DNA of 64,000 bases from Vicinamibacteria bacterium (GCA_963668695.2 CAXXLQ010000004.1:160001-224000), one strand, 5' to 3'. Shown: positions 1 to 9,785, numbered from the stretch's first letter. Numbers and translations are program-made. The notes: generated by a model not told the origin, from the letters alone.

Positions 1-3000
1 GGCGGACCGTCTCTACCTGAACGCGGTCACCCCTCGTCTGGTCCGGCAGATCGCCGAAGCCGAGGGGGTGGACGGGGTGGCGCTCTCCTTCGGGGGCCAG
101 ACCGCGCTCAACTGCGGGCTGGAACTCGAGGAGTGGTTCTCGAGTGCCGGGATCCAGGTCCTGGGAACCCCGGTGAGCAGTATCCGGGACACCGAGGACC
201 GGGGTCGCTTCAACTCCCGGCTCGCGGAAATCGGAGTGCTCACCGCGAGAAGCATCGTCTGCCACCGCCGGGACGAAGCCCGGGAAGCCGCGCACACGAT
301 CGGACTGCCCCTGATGCTCCGCATCGGCTTCGCCCTCGGCGGCAAGGGCAGCGCCATCGTCGAAACGGAAGCGGAACTCGAAGCTGCGCTCACCAACATC
401 TTCGGGGCTCACGACACCAAGGAGGCCCAGGTGCTGGTGGAGGAGTCCCTCCGCGGCTGGAAAGAGATCGAATACGAGGTGGTGCGCGACCGGGACAACA
501 ACTGCATCACGGTCTGCAACATGGAAAACATGGATCCGATGGGGATCCATACCGGGGAATCCATCGTGGTGGCGCCCTCCCAGACCCTGAACGACGAGGA
601 ATACCAGCTCCTGCGCACGGTTTCGATCCGCACGATCCAGCATCTCGGAATCGTGGGCGAATGCAACGTGCAGTTCGCCCTGAGCCCGACGGAGGCCGAC
701 TACCGGGTAATCGAGGTGAACGCCCGGCTCTCCCGTTCCTCGGCGCTCGCCAGCAAGGCGACCGGGTACCCCCTCGCCTACGTCGCGGCGAAACTCGGGC
801 TCGGATTCACCCTTCCCGATCTGAAAAACGCCATCACCGGGGTCACGAAGGCGTTCTTCGAGCCGGCGCTCGATTACCTGGTGCTCAAGGCGCCCCGCTG
901 GGACCTCGGCAAGTTCCAGGAAGCCGGAACCCGGATCGGCAGTGAAATGAAGAGCGTCGGGGAAGTGATGGCCATCGGGCGCACCTTCCCGGAAGTGCTG
1001 CAAAAGGCCCTTCGCATGCTGGATATCGGCGTGCGCGGCCTCGATTCGAAGGCGTTCGAATTCGAGGACCGGGAGGACGAACTGCGAAACGCGACACCCC
1101 GCCGGGTCTTCGCGCTCGCCCAGGCCCTGCGGCAGGCGGTGGACGCGGGAACGGTGCCGGAGACGATCGACGAAATCCATCGCCTGACCCGGATTGATCC
1201 GTGGTTCCTCTACGGGATCGCCGAGGCCATGAAGACGGAGGCGGAAGTCGAACGCGGCGGCTGGCCGATTCCGCCAGCGACGCTCCAGTTGGCCAAGGAG
1301 CAGGGTTTCTCCGACGAGTCCCTCGAATTCCTGACCGGGAGGGAGCGGGGCAGTGCGCGCATCGCCCGCCAGCAAGCAGGCATCGGCCCTCACATCGCCC
1401 GCATCGACACCCTGGCCGCCGAGTTCCCCGCCGAGACGAACTACCTCTATTCCACGTACCACGCGAGCGCCGACGAAGGGGTGGGAGGGCCCACCAAGGG
1501 CCGGGGCCGCATTCTGGTGATCGGCTCCGGGGTCTATCGGATCGGCTCCTCCGTGGAGTTCGATTGGTGTTGCGTCAACGCCGTGCAGGCGGCGGCGGAG
1601 CTCGGCTTCGAAACCCTGATGCTCAACTACAACCCGGAGACGGTGAGCACCGACTACGACATCTGCGACAAGCTCGTCTTCGACGAGGTGAGCGTGGAAT
1701 CCGTCCTGGACCTCGTGGAAAAGGAACGGCCGGACGGCGTGGTCGTGAGCATGGGCGGCCAGATTCCGAACCGGTTGGCCATGCGCCTCCACCACGCCGG
1801 CGTTCCGATTCTCGGCACCTCCGCACAAGACATCGACCGGGCCGAGGACCGCAACAAGTTCAGCGCCCTGCTGGACCGGATCGGGATCGATCAGCCGCGC
1901 TGGGCCCACGTAACCGATGTGGCGGACGCGGAGCGCATCGTCGAAGGACTGGGGGGTTTTCCCGTTCTCGTGCGCCCGAGCTACGTGCTGAGCGGAGCCG
2001 CGATGTCCGTTGCGCACGAACACCACGAACTCGCCCGCATTCTGCGGAAGGCGAAGGCGATATCCCCCGAACACCCGGTCGTCATCTCGAAGTTCGAGGA
2101 AGACGCCCGGGAGATCGAGATCGACCTCGTCGCGAACCAGGGCAAGCTCGTGCTCTGGGCGGTCAGCGAACACGTCGAGGACGCCGGCGTCCACAGCGGC
2201 GACGCCACCCTCGTCCTTCCTCCCGTGGACATGACGATTCCCACGCTGGGGCAGGTGCGGCGCATCGCGCAGCAGATCGCGAAGGAGCTCCGGGTCACCG
2301 GCCCCTGCAACATCCAGTTGCTGCATCGCGACGGGATCGTCAAGGTGATCGAGTGCAACCTCCGCGCGTCAAGGAGTCTGCCCTTCGTATCCAAGGTGAC
2401 CGGACGCAACTACGCCAAAGCGGCCACCCGCATCATGCTGGGGGCCGATCCGGGGATGGAGCACCGTCCGCTCTACGAACTCGAGCACGTAGGCGTCAAG
2501 GTGCCGCAGTTCTCGTTCTCGCGGCTGGGCGGCGCCGACCCGCTGCTCGGGGTGGAAATGGCCAGCACCGGCGAAGTGGGATGTCTCGGGGATTCCTTCC
2601 ACGAGGCGCTCCTCCACGGCCTGCTGGCCACCGGGTTCCAGCGGCCGAAGAAGGGCGTCCTGCTCTCGCTCGGGCCGCCGCGGTGGAAGCACCGCTTCGT
2701 CCGCACCGCCCGGACCATGGCGGACGAGTTGGGTCTCAAGATCTATGCGACCTCCGGCACCTGCCGCGTCCTCCGCGAAAACGGCATCGAGGTCACCGAA
2801 GTCGCGCGCGTCCACTCTGAGCAACGCCCCCTGGGAGCCGGGTTCGATTTCCCCGGTCCGCTCAGCGCCCTCGACCTCATCGACCGCGGCGAGGTGGACC
2901 TGGTGGTGAACGTTCCGGTCGCCTTCGACCCCGAGGGCCGGCCCGACGGATACCTGGTCCGCCGCCGCGCCGTTGACCGCGGCGTCCCGCTCATCACCGA

Positions 3001-3103
3001 CCCCTCGCTGGCGCGTCATGTAGTCACGGCGCTGGTCAACCACGGGGAAAACACGCTCCGCGCCCGCGCCTGGAACGATTTCCTGGAAAGGAAGCCCGCG
3101 TAG
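1..3103 (+). CDS. carB: Carbamoyl-phosphate synthase large subunit (5'-truncated by window edge)
   Basis: GGQTALN, GWKEIEYEVVRD, IEVNARLSRSSALASKATGYP, NPETVSTDYD, GVHSGD motifs and C-terminal MGS domain; frame is open back to base 2. Confidence 0.97.
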   Translation, partial: ADRLYLNAVTPRLVRQIAEAEGVDGVALSFGGQTALNCGLELEEWFSSAGIQVLGTPVSSIRDTEDRGRFNSRLAEIGVLTARSIVCHRRDEAREAAHTIGLPLMLRIGFALGGKGSAIVETEAELEAALTNIFGAHDTKEAQVLVEESLRGWKEIEYEVVRDRDNNCITVCNMENMDPMGIHTGESIVVAPSQTLNDEEYQLLRTVSIRTIQHLGIVGECNVQFALSPTEADYRVIEVNARLSRSSALASKATGYPLAYVAAKLGLGFTLPDLKNAITGVTKAFFEPALDYLVLKAPRWDLGKFQEAGTRIGSEMKSVGEVMAIGRTFPEVLQKALRMLDIGVRGLDSKAFEFEDREDELRNATPRRVFALAQALRQAVDAGTVPETIDEIHRLTRIDPWFLYGIAEAMKTEAEVERGGWPIPPATLQLAKEQGFSDESLEFLTGRERGSARIARQQAGIGPHIARIDTLAAEFPAETNYLYSTYHASADEGVGGPTKGRGRILVIGSGVYRIGSSVEFDWCCVNAVQAAAELGFETLMLNYNPETVSTDYDICDKLVFDEVSVESVLDLVEKERPDGVVVSMGGQIPNRLAMRLHHAGVPILGTSAQDIDRAEDRNKFSALLDRIGIDQPRWAHVTDVADAERIVEGLGGFPVLVRPSYVLSGAAMSVAHEHHELARILRKAKAISPEHPVVISKFEEDAREIEIDLVANQGKLVLWAVSEHVEDAGVHSGDATLVLPPVDMTIPTLGQVRRIAQQIAKELRVTGPCNIQLLHRDGIVKVIECNLRASRSLPFVSKVTGRNYAKAATRIMLGADPGMEHRPLYELEHVGVKVPQFSFSRLGGADPLLGVEMASTGEVGCLGDSFHEALLHGLLATGFQRPKKGVLLSLGPPRWKHRFVRTARTMADELGLKIYATSGTCRVLRENGIEVTEVARVHSEQRPLGAGFDFPGPLSALDLIDRGEVDLVVNVPVAFDPEGRPDGYLVRRRAVDRGVPLITDPSLARHVVTALVNHGENTLRARAWNDFLERKPA

Positions 3104-3154
3104 GAACAGCACGCCGCACCGGACCGCCAATAGCGAAGGCAGCGCCGCGCGTCA

Positions 3155-3269
3155 GGGAACGCCGGTATTCACACCGGCATCGCGGCCCGCCAGGGCCGCG
3201 AATCCGCGCGTTGCCGACGGAGAAAAAGCGCCGGGACGGCTTGGAACGCCGGTCTCCGACCGGCATCGC
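3155..3269. repeat. Two REP-like palindromes (GGAACGCCGG-N-CCGGCATCGC family)
   Basis: gggaacgccggtattcacaccggcatcgc and ggaacgccggtctccgaccggcatcgc; related copies near 5135, 6608, 16589, 29808, 51866, 63286, 63407. Confidence 0.75.
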
Positions 3270-3416
3270 GTGGGAGCGCGAAACCCGCGCCGATGACGCA
3301 GCGCCCTGCCAACGTAAGTTCCGCACCCTCTCCCAACCAGGACGGCTGGACCGCTCAACCGGACGGTTCGGAGTCGGGCCGGGATCGCCATCCAGGGCGC
3401 TTCCAGCCGATGGCAA

Positions 3417-3773
3417 GAGCCATGGTCAAGTGGCTCCGAGCCATGGTCAAACTGCCGCAAGCCATGGTCAAACTGCTCCGAGCCATGGTCAATTGCCGCA
3501 TTCCGGCGCTTGCGGGCCGCATCACGAAGAGTCTTGCGTCTTCGGCGGATCCGGCTCCGGTCGGCGAATTCCGGCCTTTCCCGGCCTGGAATCGGCAATT
3601 CCGCCCCGCTTGTTCGGGTCTTCGAATTCCGAAGCGCTCTTTCGAGAAAAAGGAGCAGCGATTTCCGGGAACTCCGGTCAGCGGCCCGGAAATCACCCGC
3701 GAGCCATGGTCAAACCGCCCCGAGCCATGGTCAATTGGGGGAGCCATGGTCAAACCGGCCGAACAGTGGTCGA
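3417..3773. repeat. Two clusters of GAGCCATGGTCAA direct repeats at ~21-bp spacing
   Basis: copies at 3417, 3438, 3459, 3480 and 3701, 3722, 3741, plus a degenerate copy at 3761. Confidence 0.85.
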
Positions 3774-3969
3774 TTCGTACCCCCGCCGCGCGAGCCATCG
3801 AATCCGGGCTCGACGGCGCCCTCACGGAAGTCATCGCGAAGCTCCCGCGCCGACTGGTAGCCGAACTCACGGGCCAGTTAGCGGGCCAGTTAGCGGGCCA
3901 GCGAATAGCTGATCCTCCAGCTTGGGCATCTTCTTCGGCGCTCGGCCCGGTGCACGCCCCACGCTCAGG

Positions 3970-4311
3970 CTATTCCTCGCCGAGGATGGCGTTCAACTGA
4001 TCAACGAGCTTCGGCAGGTGCGCGGCGACAGTGTCGTAGAGACGCTCCCGCTCGACTTCGTCATAGCCGCGCGTGAGTAGATTCCGCATGCCGACCATCT
4101 TTCTCCAGGGAATTTCCGGATGCGCTGCACGCAACTCCGGTGAAACGCGGGTGGCCGCCTCACCCACGGTGAGAACGAGATACCGAAGAGCCCAATCAAC
4201 CGTCCTGTCGTTTTCGAGAGCGTCGGCGCTGGCGGTCTGGAATGTTTCAAGCGCCTCCTGGGCGTAATCCCGCATGTCCCGAAGCGGACCGCGGTCAGTC
4301 CGGCGACTCAT
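3970..4311 (-). CDS. HepT-like (DUF86/HEPN) toxin, probably catalytically impaired
   Basis: GEAATRVSPELRAAHPEIPWRKMVGMRNLLTRGYDEV; the RxxxxH motif has Arg in place of His. Confidence 0.88.
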   Translation of the reverse strand: MSRRTDRGPLRDMRDYAQEALETFQTASADALENDRTVDWALRYLVLTVGEAATRVSPELRAAHPEIPWRKMVGMRNLLTRGYDEVERERLYDTVAAHLPKLVDQLNAILGEE

Positions 4312-4924
4312 AGAACAGCTCCATCGTTCCGGCCACTTCTTCCTGCATCCACGGCCGCAGGCTGCGGAACTCGAAGATCTCCGCTCTGCGGCCCACGATG
4401 GCGCTCAGCTCGTCCTGCATGTCCATCAGTTCGAACAGCCCAAACCGCACCCCGGGCCTGAACTCCGCCAACACATCCACATCACTCTCCGGCCCGAAGT
4501 CGTCTCTAAGCACCGACCCGAAGAGCGAGAACTTCCGGATCTCGTTCTTCTCACAAAACGCCACGATCTTGTCGCGTGAGATGGGTAGCCGGAGACTCGT
4601 GCCGCCACCTCCTCGAGCGCCGGCGGTCAGCCTCCCCCGCTTCATCTCTTCTCCTGGACGTGTCGGTGAGGCGTCTCGATGCTTACCGATCCAGTCGCGA
4701 AGCGCGGCGTCAATCCGTGTCTGCCAACCCCGGCCGCCTGCCTTGAAGTGGTCCATCACCTCCGGAGAAAGCCGGATGGTGGTCGCGACCTTGGGCCTCT
4801 TGACCCGCGGCCGGCCGCGACGAACCGGCGCCTTGGCGAACGCTCCCGACGAGCCGTCCCGGGGAAGATCCGGGGCGTCGTCACGGTCGAGACCTTGGGG
4901 CTTGGAGCCTTCGTTCGTGCTCAT
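4295..4924 (-). CDS. BrnA-like antitoxin fused in frame to an MNT nucleotidyltransferase antitoxin
   Basis: N-terminal RGRP...TIRLSPEVMDHFKAGGRGWQTRIDAALR (BrnA); C-terminal LFGSVLRDDFGPESDVDVL (MNT); internal GGAG + ATG at 4645. Confidence 0.85.
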   Translation of the reverse strand: MSTNEGSKPQGLDRDDAPDLPRDGSSGAFAKAPVRRGRPRVKRPKVATTIRLSPEVMDHFKAGGRGWQTRIDAALRDWIGKHRDASPTRPGEEMKRGRLTAGARGGGGTSLRLPISRDKIVAFCEKNEIRKFSLFGSVLRDDFGPESDVDVLAEFRPGVRFGLFELMDMQDELSAIVGRRAEIFEFRSLRPWMQEEVAGTMELFYESPD

Positions 4925-5045
4925 TGGTTTTCCTCATGCTGATGATGCGTCGAACCGGGCCGCCCGGGAGGCGCGACCAGAACCGCCATCGCTCCAGCCA
5001 AGAATCCGAATCGGCGCTGCCCGCTTTCGTCGGTCGAACGCCACC
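4881..5045 (-). pseudogene. Degenerate BrnT toxin remnant
   Basis: fragments VAFDRRKRAA / GFLAGAMAVLV / VRRIISMRKTNEHER separated by frameshifts, overlapping the brnA start. Confidence 0.7.
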
Positions 5046-5049
5046 GATC

Positions 5050-5070
5050 AATTTATGTTACTACATTTAT
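5050..5070 (-). promoter_or_regulatory. AT-rich promoter/operator of the TA locus
   Basis: imperfect palindrome ATGT-TACT-ACAT in an AT-rich patch just upstream of the brnT remnant. Confidence 0.4.
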
Positions 5071-5202
5071 CCTGCCGATGCGGTAGGCACCACAAACGCC
5101 GTCGGCTTCGTGCATCTCGCCCGCCTGCGGCGGGCGATGCCGGTCTGAAGACCGGCGTTCCCTGGCCTCAGAGCGCTCAACGCGGGAGGAATTCCCCCCG
5201 CG

Positions 5203-6513
5203 TCAAGCGCGGGCGTTGAGCGCCGCCTCCAGGCGACCGAGCGCTTCCTTCAGCAGCGGCCGCGGGCACGCCAGGTTCATCCGGGCGAAGCCCCGTCCCT
5301 CCGCGCCGAAGATCGCCCCGTCCTCGAGGCGCAGCTTGGCTTTGTCCAGCAGGAAGGTTTCGAGGTCAGCCGCAGGAATCCCGGTGCGCCGGAAGTCGAG
5401 CCAGGCGAGATACGTCCCTTCGATGGGAGCGTTTCCGACATGCAGTTCCGGACGGTCGCGGAAGAAGGTCCGCAGTGTCCGGGCGTTTTCGCTCAGGTAG
5501 GCGAGCACCTCGTCGAGCCACGGCCCCCCACCCCGCCAGGCGGCTTCCGCGGCCGCCGCACTGAGCGGATTCACCCCGTAGATGCCGGTCCGGTCGCGGG
5601 CGCGCCGGAAGGCGTCCCGCATTTCCTGGTCCGGGATCACGAGGCAGGAGGACTTGAGGCCCGCGAGGTTGAACGTCTTGCTCGGCGCCGAACACACGAC
5701 CGATCGCGGCATTGCTCCGTCCTTCAGGGCTCCGTCCTTCAGGGCTCCGTCCTTCAGGGCCCCGCCCTTCAGGGCCCCGCCCTCCAGGACCCCGCTCTCC
5801 AGGCTGAGCCAGGGGGTGAAGGTTCGTCCGTCGAGCATCAGATCCGCATGGATCTCGTCGGCCACCACGATGAGGTCGTGTCGCTTCGCAATCCGCGCGA
5901 ACTCTCCCAGCTCCCTGCGAGTCCAGACCCGGCCCACCGGGTTCTGCGGACTGCACAGGAACGTCATTCGCGTCTCCGGCTCCGCCGCCAGCTGCTCGAA
6001 CCGCTCGAGATCGAGCCGGTAGGGATTCCCCGACGAGTCTTCCGACGCGTCCTCCCGGCGCAACGGACACAGGTGCATGCGGGCGCCGGCGTTGTGGACC
6101 GCCCCGAAGAACGGGAAATAGACCGGCGGGTGAAGGATGACCCCCTGCCCCGGCTCGAGAAAGGTACGGACGAGAAAACCCAGGTCGGGAACGATTCCCT
6201 CGGTCGGCACGACCCACTCGGGGTCCGGTCGGCATCCGTGCCGGGTCGCCATCCAGTCGCAAAAGGCCGCGCGAAAGCTCGGAAGCCCCATGCTGTAGCC
6301 GAAGATCGGATGCTCCGTGCGGCGGCGAATCGCTTCGATCACGACGTCCGGACAGGGGAAGTCCATGTCGGCGACCCACATGGGGATCACGTCGGGATCC
6401 TCCGCGGGAACGAGCGAGGAACCGTGACCGACCGCGCCCTCGCGGTACTCCCATTTCACCGACCCGGTCCCCGCGCGGGAAATAAGCCGGTCGAAGGGCG
6501 ACGGGGGACTCAT
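5203..6513 (-). CDS. patB: PLP-dependent MalY/PatB family aminotransferase / cystathionine beta-lyase
   Basis: IPMWVADMDF, LCSPQNPVGRVW, VADEIHADL, APSKTFNLAGL, GTYLAWLD, RMNLAC; GGAGG before ATG 6513; internal 15-bp (G/D)GALK repeat. Confidence 0.92.
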   Translation of the reverse strand: MSPPSPFDRLISRAGTGSVKWEYREGAVGHGSSLVPAEDPDVIPMWVADMDFPCPDVVIEAIRRRTEHPIFGYSMGLPSFRAAFCDWMATRHGCRPDPEWVVPTEGIVPDLGFLVRTFLEPGQGVILHPPVYFPFFGAVHNAGARMHLCPLRREDASEDSSGNPYRLDLERFEQLAAEPETRMTFLCSPQNPVGRVWTRRELGEFARIAKRHDLIVVADEIHADLMLDGRTFTPWLSLESGVLEGGALKGGALKDGALKDGALKDGAMPRSVVCSAPSKTFNLAGLKSSCLVIPDQEMRDAFRRARDRTGIYGVNPLSAAAAEAAWRGGGPWLDEVLAYLSENARTLRTFFRDRPELHVGNAPIEGTYLAWLDFRRTGIPAADLETFLLDKAKLRLEDGAIFGAEGRGFARMNLACPRPLLKEALGRLEAALNARA

Positions 6514-6693
6514 CGCTCCCCTCCAGGACCAGCCTGCGGGAGCGGGCCCGTCTTGCCTGTCGCCAGTCTCGGAAGCGGCGGCACGAGTTTCGCCCGCCTC
6601 CGGCGGGCGATACCGGTCTGAAGGCCCCCCCCGGGAAAACTGGCGGCGCTCCCAGACTTGCTCATCGCCGGACTCGCTCATCGCCGGACTCGC

Positions 6694-7836
6694 TCATCGG
6701 TAGTAAAGCCAGAGGGGCCCCGGGAAAAGCCACGAAAGGCCCACCCGCAGGCGGTCGCGCCAGTTGTCCCAGTTGTGGCCGTCCGGCGCCTCCACGTAGC
6801 GGACCTCCATGCCGCTCTCGCGGAGAAGCGGCACGAGGGACCGATTCTCGTAGATGAGGGGCTCGTAGATCCCGCAACTGACGAACACGCGACTGCTCAC
6901 CCGGCGCGGATCCACCCGATAGGCGTTCACGAAATCCACCACCGGATCGAGCAGTGCGGTTCGGGTACTCGGCCCCACGTCGGTGAAGGTGAAAGATCCC
7001 GAGGAGAGGAGCAACTTCCCGAAAAAGCCCGGGTACCGATAGGCGGCGGTGAGGGCGGCCACCGCCCCGAGTCCGGCGCCCACCAGCCCGCGGTCATCCG
7101 GGCGGAGCCTGATCGGGAACTCCGTCTGGAGATGGGGGATCAGATCGGAGGTCAGGAACTCGGCGTGGGCGGGGTTGTCCGCAAATTCCCGAATGCGTTT
7201 TTCGGGGGTCACGAAGGCGGCGATCAGCGGAGGGATCTCCCGGCGGTGGATCAGATTGTCAAGGATCGTCCGGAAGGCCGCGTGGCGCAGGTAGTCCTCG
7301 CCGTCGAGCACCACCAGCAGGGGATACCGACGCCGGTTCCGAAAGCCGAACGGGGTGTAGACCGATACCCGCCGGGTTCCGAACACCCGACTCCGCACCT
7401 CCGTAACCGAGAGTTCGCCTTGGCCGACCTGCGGGTCTTCCTCGGCCCATTCGGGCCGCTCGTACCCCTGACCGTGACAGACCGACCAGACACCGAAGGG
7501 GTCGCGCACCGTCCGTTCGTTCAGCGGATCCAGGATCCACTCGGCGTCCGCTCCGAGGACCCGCTGGAACCGATACTCGACACGCGATTCGGCGGGTAGG
7601 TCCAGGGTGAGGAACCAGAGGTCCGAACCCGGAATCCGCTCCATTTCCCGCGCGGCAGCGGTCCCGAAGAGCCAGTGGCCAAGCAGAACGGAGCTGGCCT
7701 CCCCCCGATACGCGAAGGTGGTGTGGGGACCCTCCCGGATGGGGAACTCGTGCCCCTGGATGAACCGGTCCACCGCCTCTCCGGTAGGGCCGGTCAGGAG
7801 GAGTTCCTGGATCGCCAGCTCGGGGGAGCTGTTCAT
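6694..7836 (-). CDS. Enterochelin-esterase-like alpha/beta hydrolase with N-terminal Ig-like domain
   Basis: DPLN, RRVSVYTP, YPLLVVLDG, GHNWDNWR; nucleophile elbow reads GAGLG rather than GxSxG. Confidence 0.8.
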   Translation of the reverse strand: MNSSPELAIQELLLTGPTGEAVDRFIQGHEFPIREGPHTTFAYRGEASSVLLGHWLFGTAAAREMERIPGSDLWFLTLDLPAESRVEYRFQRVLGADAEWILDPLNERTVRDPFGVWSVCHGQGYERPEWAEEDPQVGQGELSVTEVRSRVFGTRRVSVYTPFGFRNRRRYPLLVVLDGEDYLRHAAFRTILDNLIHRREIPPLIAAFVTPEKRIREFADNPAHAEFLTSDLIPHLQTEFPIRLRPDDRGLVGAGLGAVAALTAAYRYPGFFGKLLLSSGSFTFTDVGPSTRTALLDPVVDFVNAYRVDPRRVSSRVFVSCGIYEPLIYENRSLVPLLRESGMEVRYVEAPDGHNWDNWRDRLRVGLSWLFPGPLWLYYR

Positions 7837-8834
7837 GGGGGATCTTCCTCGCCGGCGACTTCCCCGCCAGGGGTTGGGAGAGCGAGTTCCGGCACCGTGT
7901 GTACTTCTCCCTCGCTCGACAGCATCCGGATTCCGGCGGTCGAAGTCCACCGGCAGCCGTCCCAGTGGATGGCGTCTCCGGGGTCCAGCAACACGGCGCG
8001 GTCGGGAGCCACGCGGCCCGACAATTCGGAAAGGCTCTGGCGATCCGCGAGGTCAAGCCGGATTCGAGCATCGGGGAAAAGAGCCACCCCGGGTAGCAGC
8101 GATAGCCCATCACCAAGGATTTCCGGCCGGGCCGAACCGCCCGGAAGCCGGTCATGGAACAGGACGACCCTTGGCGTCAGCACCATCGCTCCGGCGGACC
8201 AGGCCAGAACCGGAAGCCGGGCCAGAGCGTCCGCCACCCCCAGCAACAGCAGCCGGTTCCGAATCACCGCCACGTGTCCCCCGGTCAGCACCACCGCGAC
8301 CGACCGGGAGAGCAGGTGTTCCACCTCCTCCTTTGCCTCCCGGATCGCCGGACGCTCCGCGAGTCGGACCGCTTCCCGGAACTCCTGCCAGAGCGCCGCG
8401 TGGCGCTCGACATGGAACCGATCCGCGGCCAGGATCGCACGCCACGCCTGTTCGGCGTAGGGAGCCCGATACCGTTCGGCGAAGGCAAGTTGGGCTACCT
8501 CGTGGGCGGTCTCCACCGCCCGCCGGAGCCGGACGCCATAGAGCCTCTCCTCCGCAAGAAGGCCCTCCTGCAGCGCCCGATGGGCCTCGGAGAGCGCCGC
8601 ATCCCGCGCGAAGACGCGGCCGACCCGCTCGCCGATGTGCAGCGGTGCGGCCTCGCGTCCGAACTTCTCGAGTTCCCGCCCGACTTCCTTGACGACGGGC
8701 TCCGTCTCCCGCCAGCCCACCGTGATGGTCGCCACCGGACCGGGCGGCAGCTCGAGGGCCTCCAGCCCGGGTCCGAGGCTGATCCGGCCGGGCTGCGGGC
8801 CGAGAACCACCGCGCGGGGGGCGTAGCCGGACAT
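7833..8834 (-). CDS. Class I glutamine amidotransferase / peptidase S51-like protein
   Basis: VLTGGHV and LAWSAGAM motifs; 4-bp overlap with the esterase gene. Confidence 0.6.
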   Translation of the reverse strand: MSGYAPRAVVLGPQPGRISLGPGLEALELPPGPVATITVGWRETEPVVKEVGRELEKFGREAAPLHIGERVGRVFARDAALSEAHRALQEGLLAEERLYGVRLRRAVETAHEVAQLAFAERYRAPYAEQAWRAILAADRFHVERHAALWQEFREAVRLAERPAIREAKEEVEHLLSRSVAVVLTGGHVAVIRNRLLLLGVADALARLPVLAWSAGAMVLTPRVVLFHDRLPGGSARPEILGDGLSLLPGVALFPDARIRLDLADRQSLSELSGRVAPDRAVLLDPGDAIHWDGCRWTSTAGIRMLSSEGEVHTVPELALPTPGGEVAGEEDPP

Positions 8835-8841
8835 GCGCCGA

Positions 8842-9747
8842 TCAGAACCCGAGAACGAGAGCCGCGAGCAGGATCAGATCCGTTCGCCGCCGGGGAATCG
8901 CCACCGTACCGATCGCAGGCCTTCCGGGAGAATCGAACAGGCTGACCCGCTCAAGCGAAGGATGGGAGTCGAAGAGGGTCTGCATGCTCGTGCGAAAAGC
9001 GAGTCGTTTCGAGAGGGGGAACGCTATCGAGCCGGTGAGATCGAGACGGAGGTCATCCGTATTGCGGAGGTTCCAGGTCGAGGCGGAAACGAGCGCCAGC
9101 TCGGCCGCGCGGTAGCGCGTCTCGGCGCGGACCTCCAGCCGCAAACCAAGCGAACCGGCCCCAACTTCCGGGTCGGCCACCTCATCGCGCTGGTGGACCG
9201 CCGAGAGACCCGCTCCCACTTCAACAGGACGCCGTCCTCCGTCGCGTGCCTGGCCCCATTCCTTCCCCACCCCCACGGTGAAGTCGTACCGCGAGTTGAC
9301 CCCGGCGGGGGCGTCGCGCTCCCATCCGGCGGCGGCAAAAAATCTGAGACCCGCCGCGCCGTTCTCCCCGGAGGGTTCCGCGACCCGGAAACGGAGATGG
9401 CTGCGGTCGGCGGAGGTCTGGCTCGTCACCGTCCGGTCCACCGAGAAGTCGTCCGGACTGCCGAAGGCTTGTCTGGTGATGATGTCGGCGCTCGTTCTGA
9501 GCAGCCCTCCCTCAAGCGCCACCCGCAACCGGTCGGTTTCGCGCGCCGTCGTCGCGCTGAGCCCAAGCGACCCCGATCCGGCGTTTCCGTAGGTTCCCGC
9601 GAGGTTCAGGTTCGCCCGCCCGGTCCAGCCGGCCTCTCCCGGAGGAGAGGCTTCCTCGGATTGGGCCCTGGCCAGGGGAGCGGCCACGAAGAGGGCCAGC
9701 GGCAGCAGGAGGGGCCACAATTCGTGACGCCCGGGACGGCTTTGCAT
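8842..9747 (-). CDS. DUF481-like outer-membrane beta-barrel protein
   Basis: signal peptide, WTGRANLNLAGTYGN, amphipathic strands, C-terminal Phe; start uncertain (9747 or 9795). Confidence 0.7.
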   Translation of the reverse strand: MQSRPGRHELWPLLLPLALFVAAPLARAQSEEASPPGEAGWTGRANLNLAGTYGNAGSGSLGLSATTARETDRLRVALEGGLLRTSADIITRQAFGSPDDFSVDRTVTSQTSADRSHLRFRVAEPSGENGAAGLRFFAAAGWERDAPAGVNSRYDFTVGVGKEWGQARDGGRRPVEVGAGLSAVHQRDEVADPEVGAGSLGLRLEVRAETRYRAAELALVSASTWNLRNTDDLRLDLTGSIAFPLSKRLAFRTSMQTLFDSHPSLERVSLFDSPGRPAIGTVAIPRRRTDLILLAALVLGF

Positions 9748-9785
9748 GGGCGCCCGGGAGAATACCCACCGGAGGAACCTGCGAA

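Noticed and set aside
3780-3910. Remnant of a Fic/ATP-binding protein (TGQLAGQLAGQ low-complexity motif)
   Set aside because: Only the repeat itself is suggestive; no domain motif supports it.
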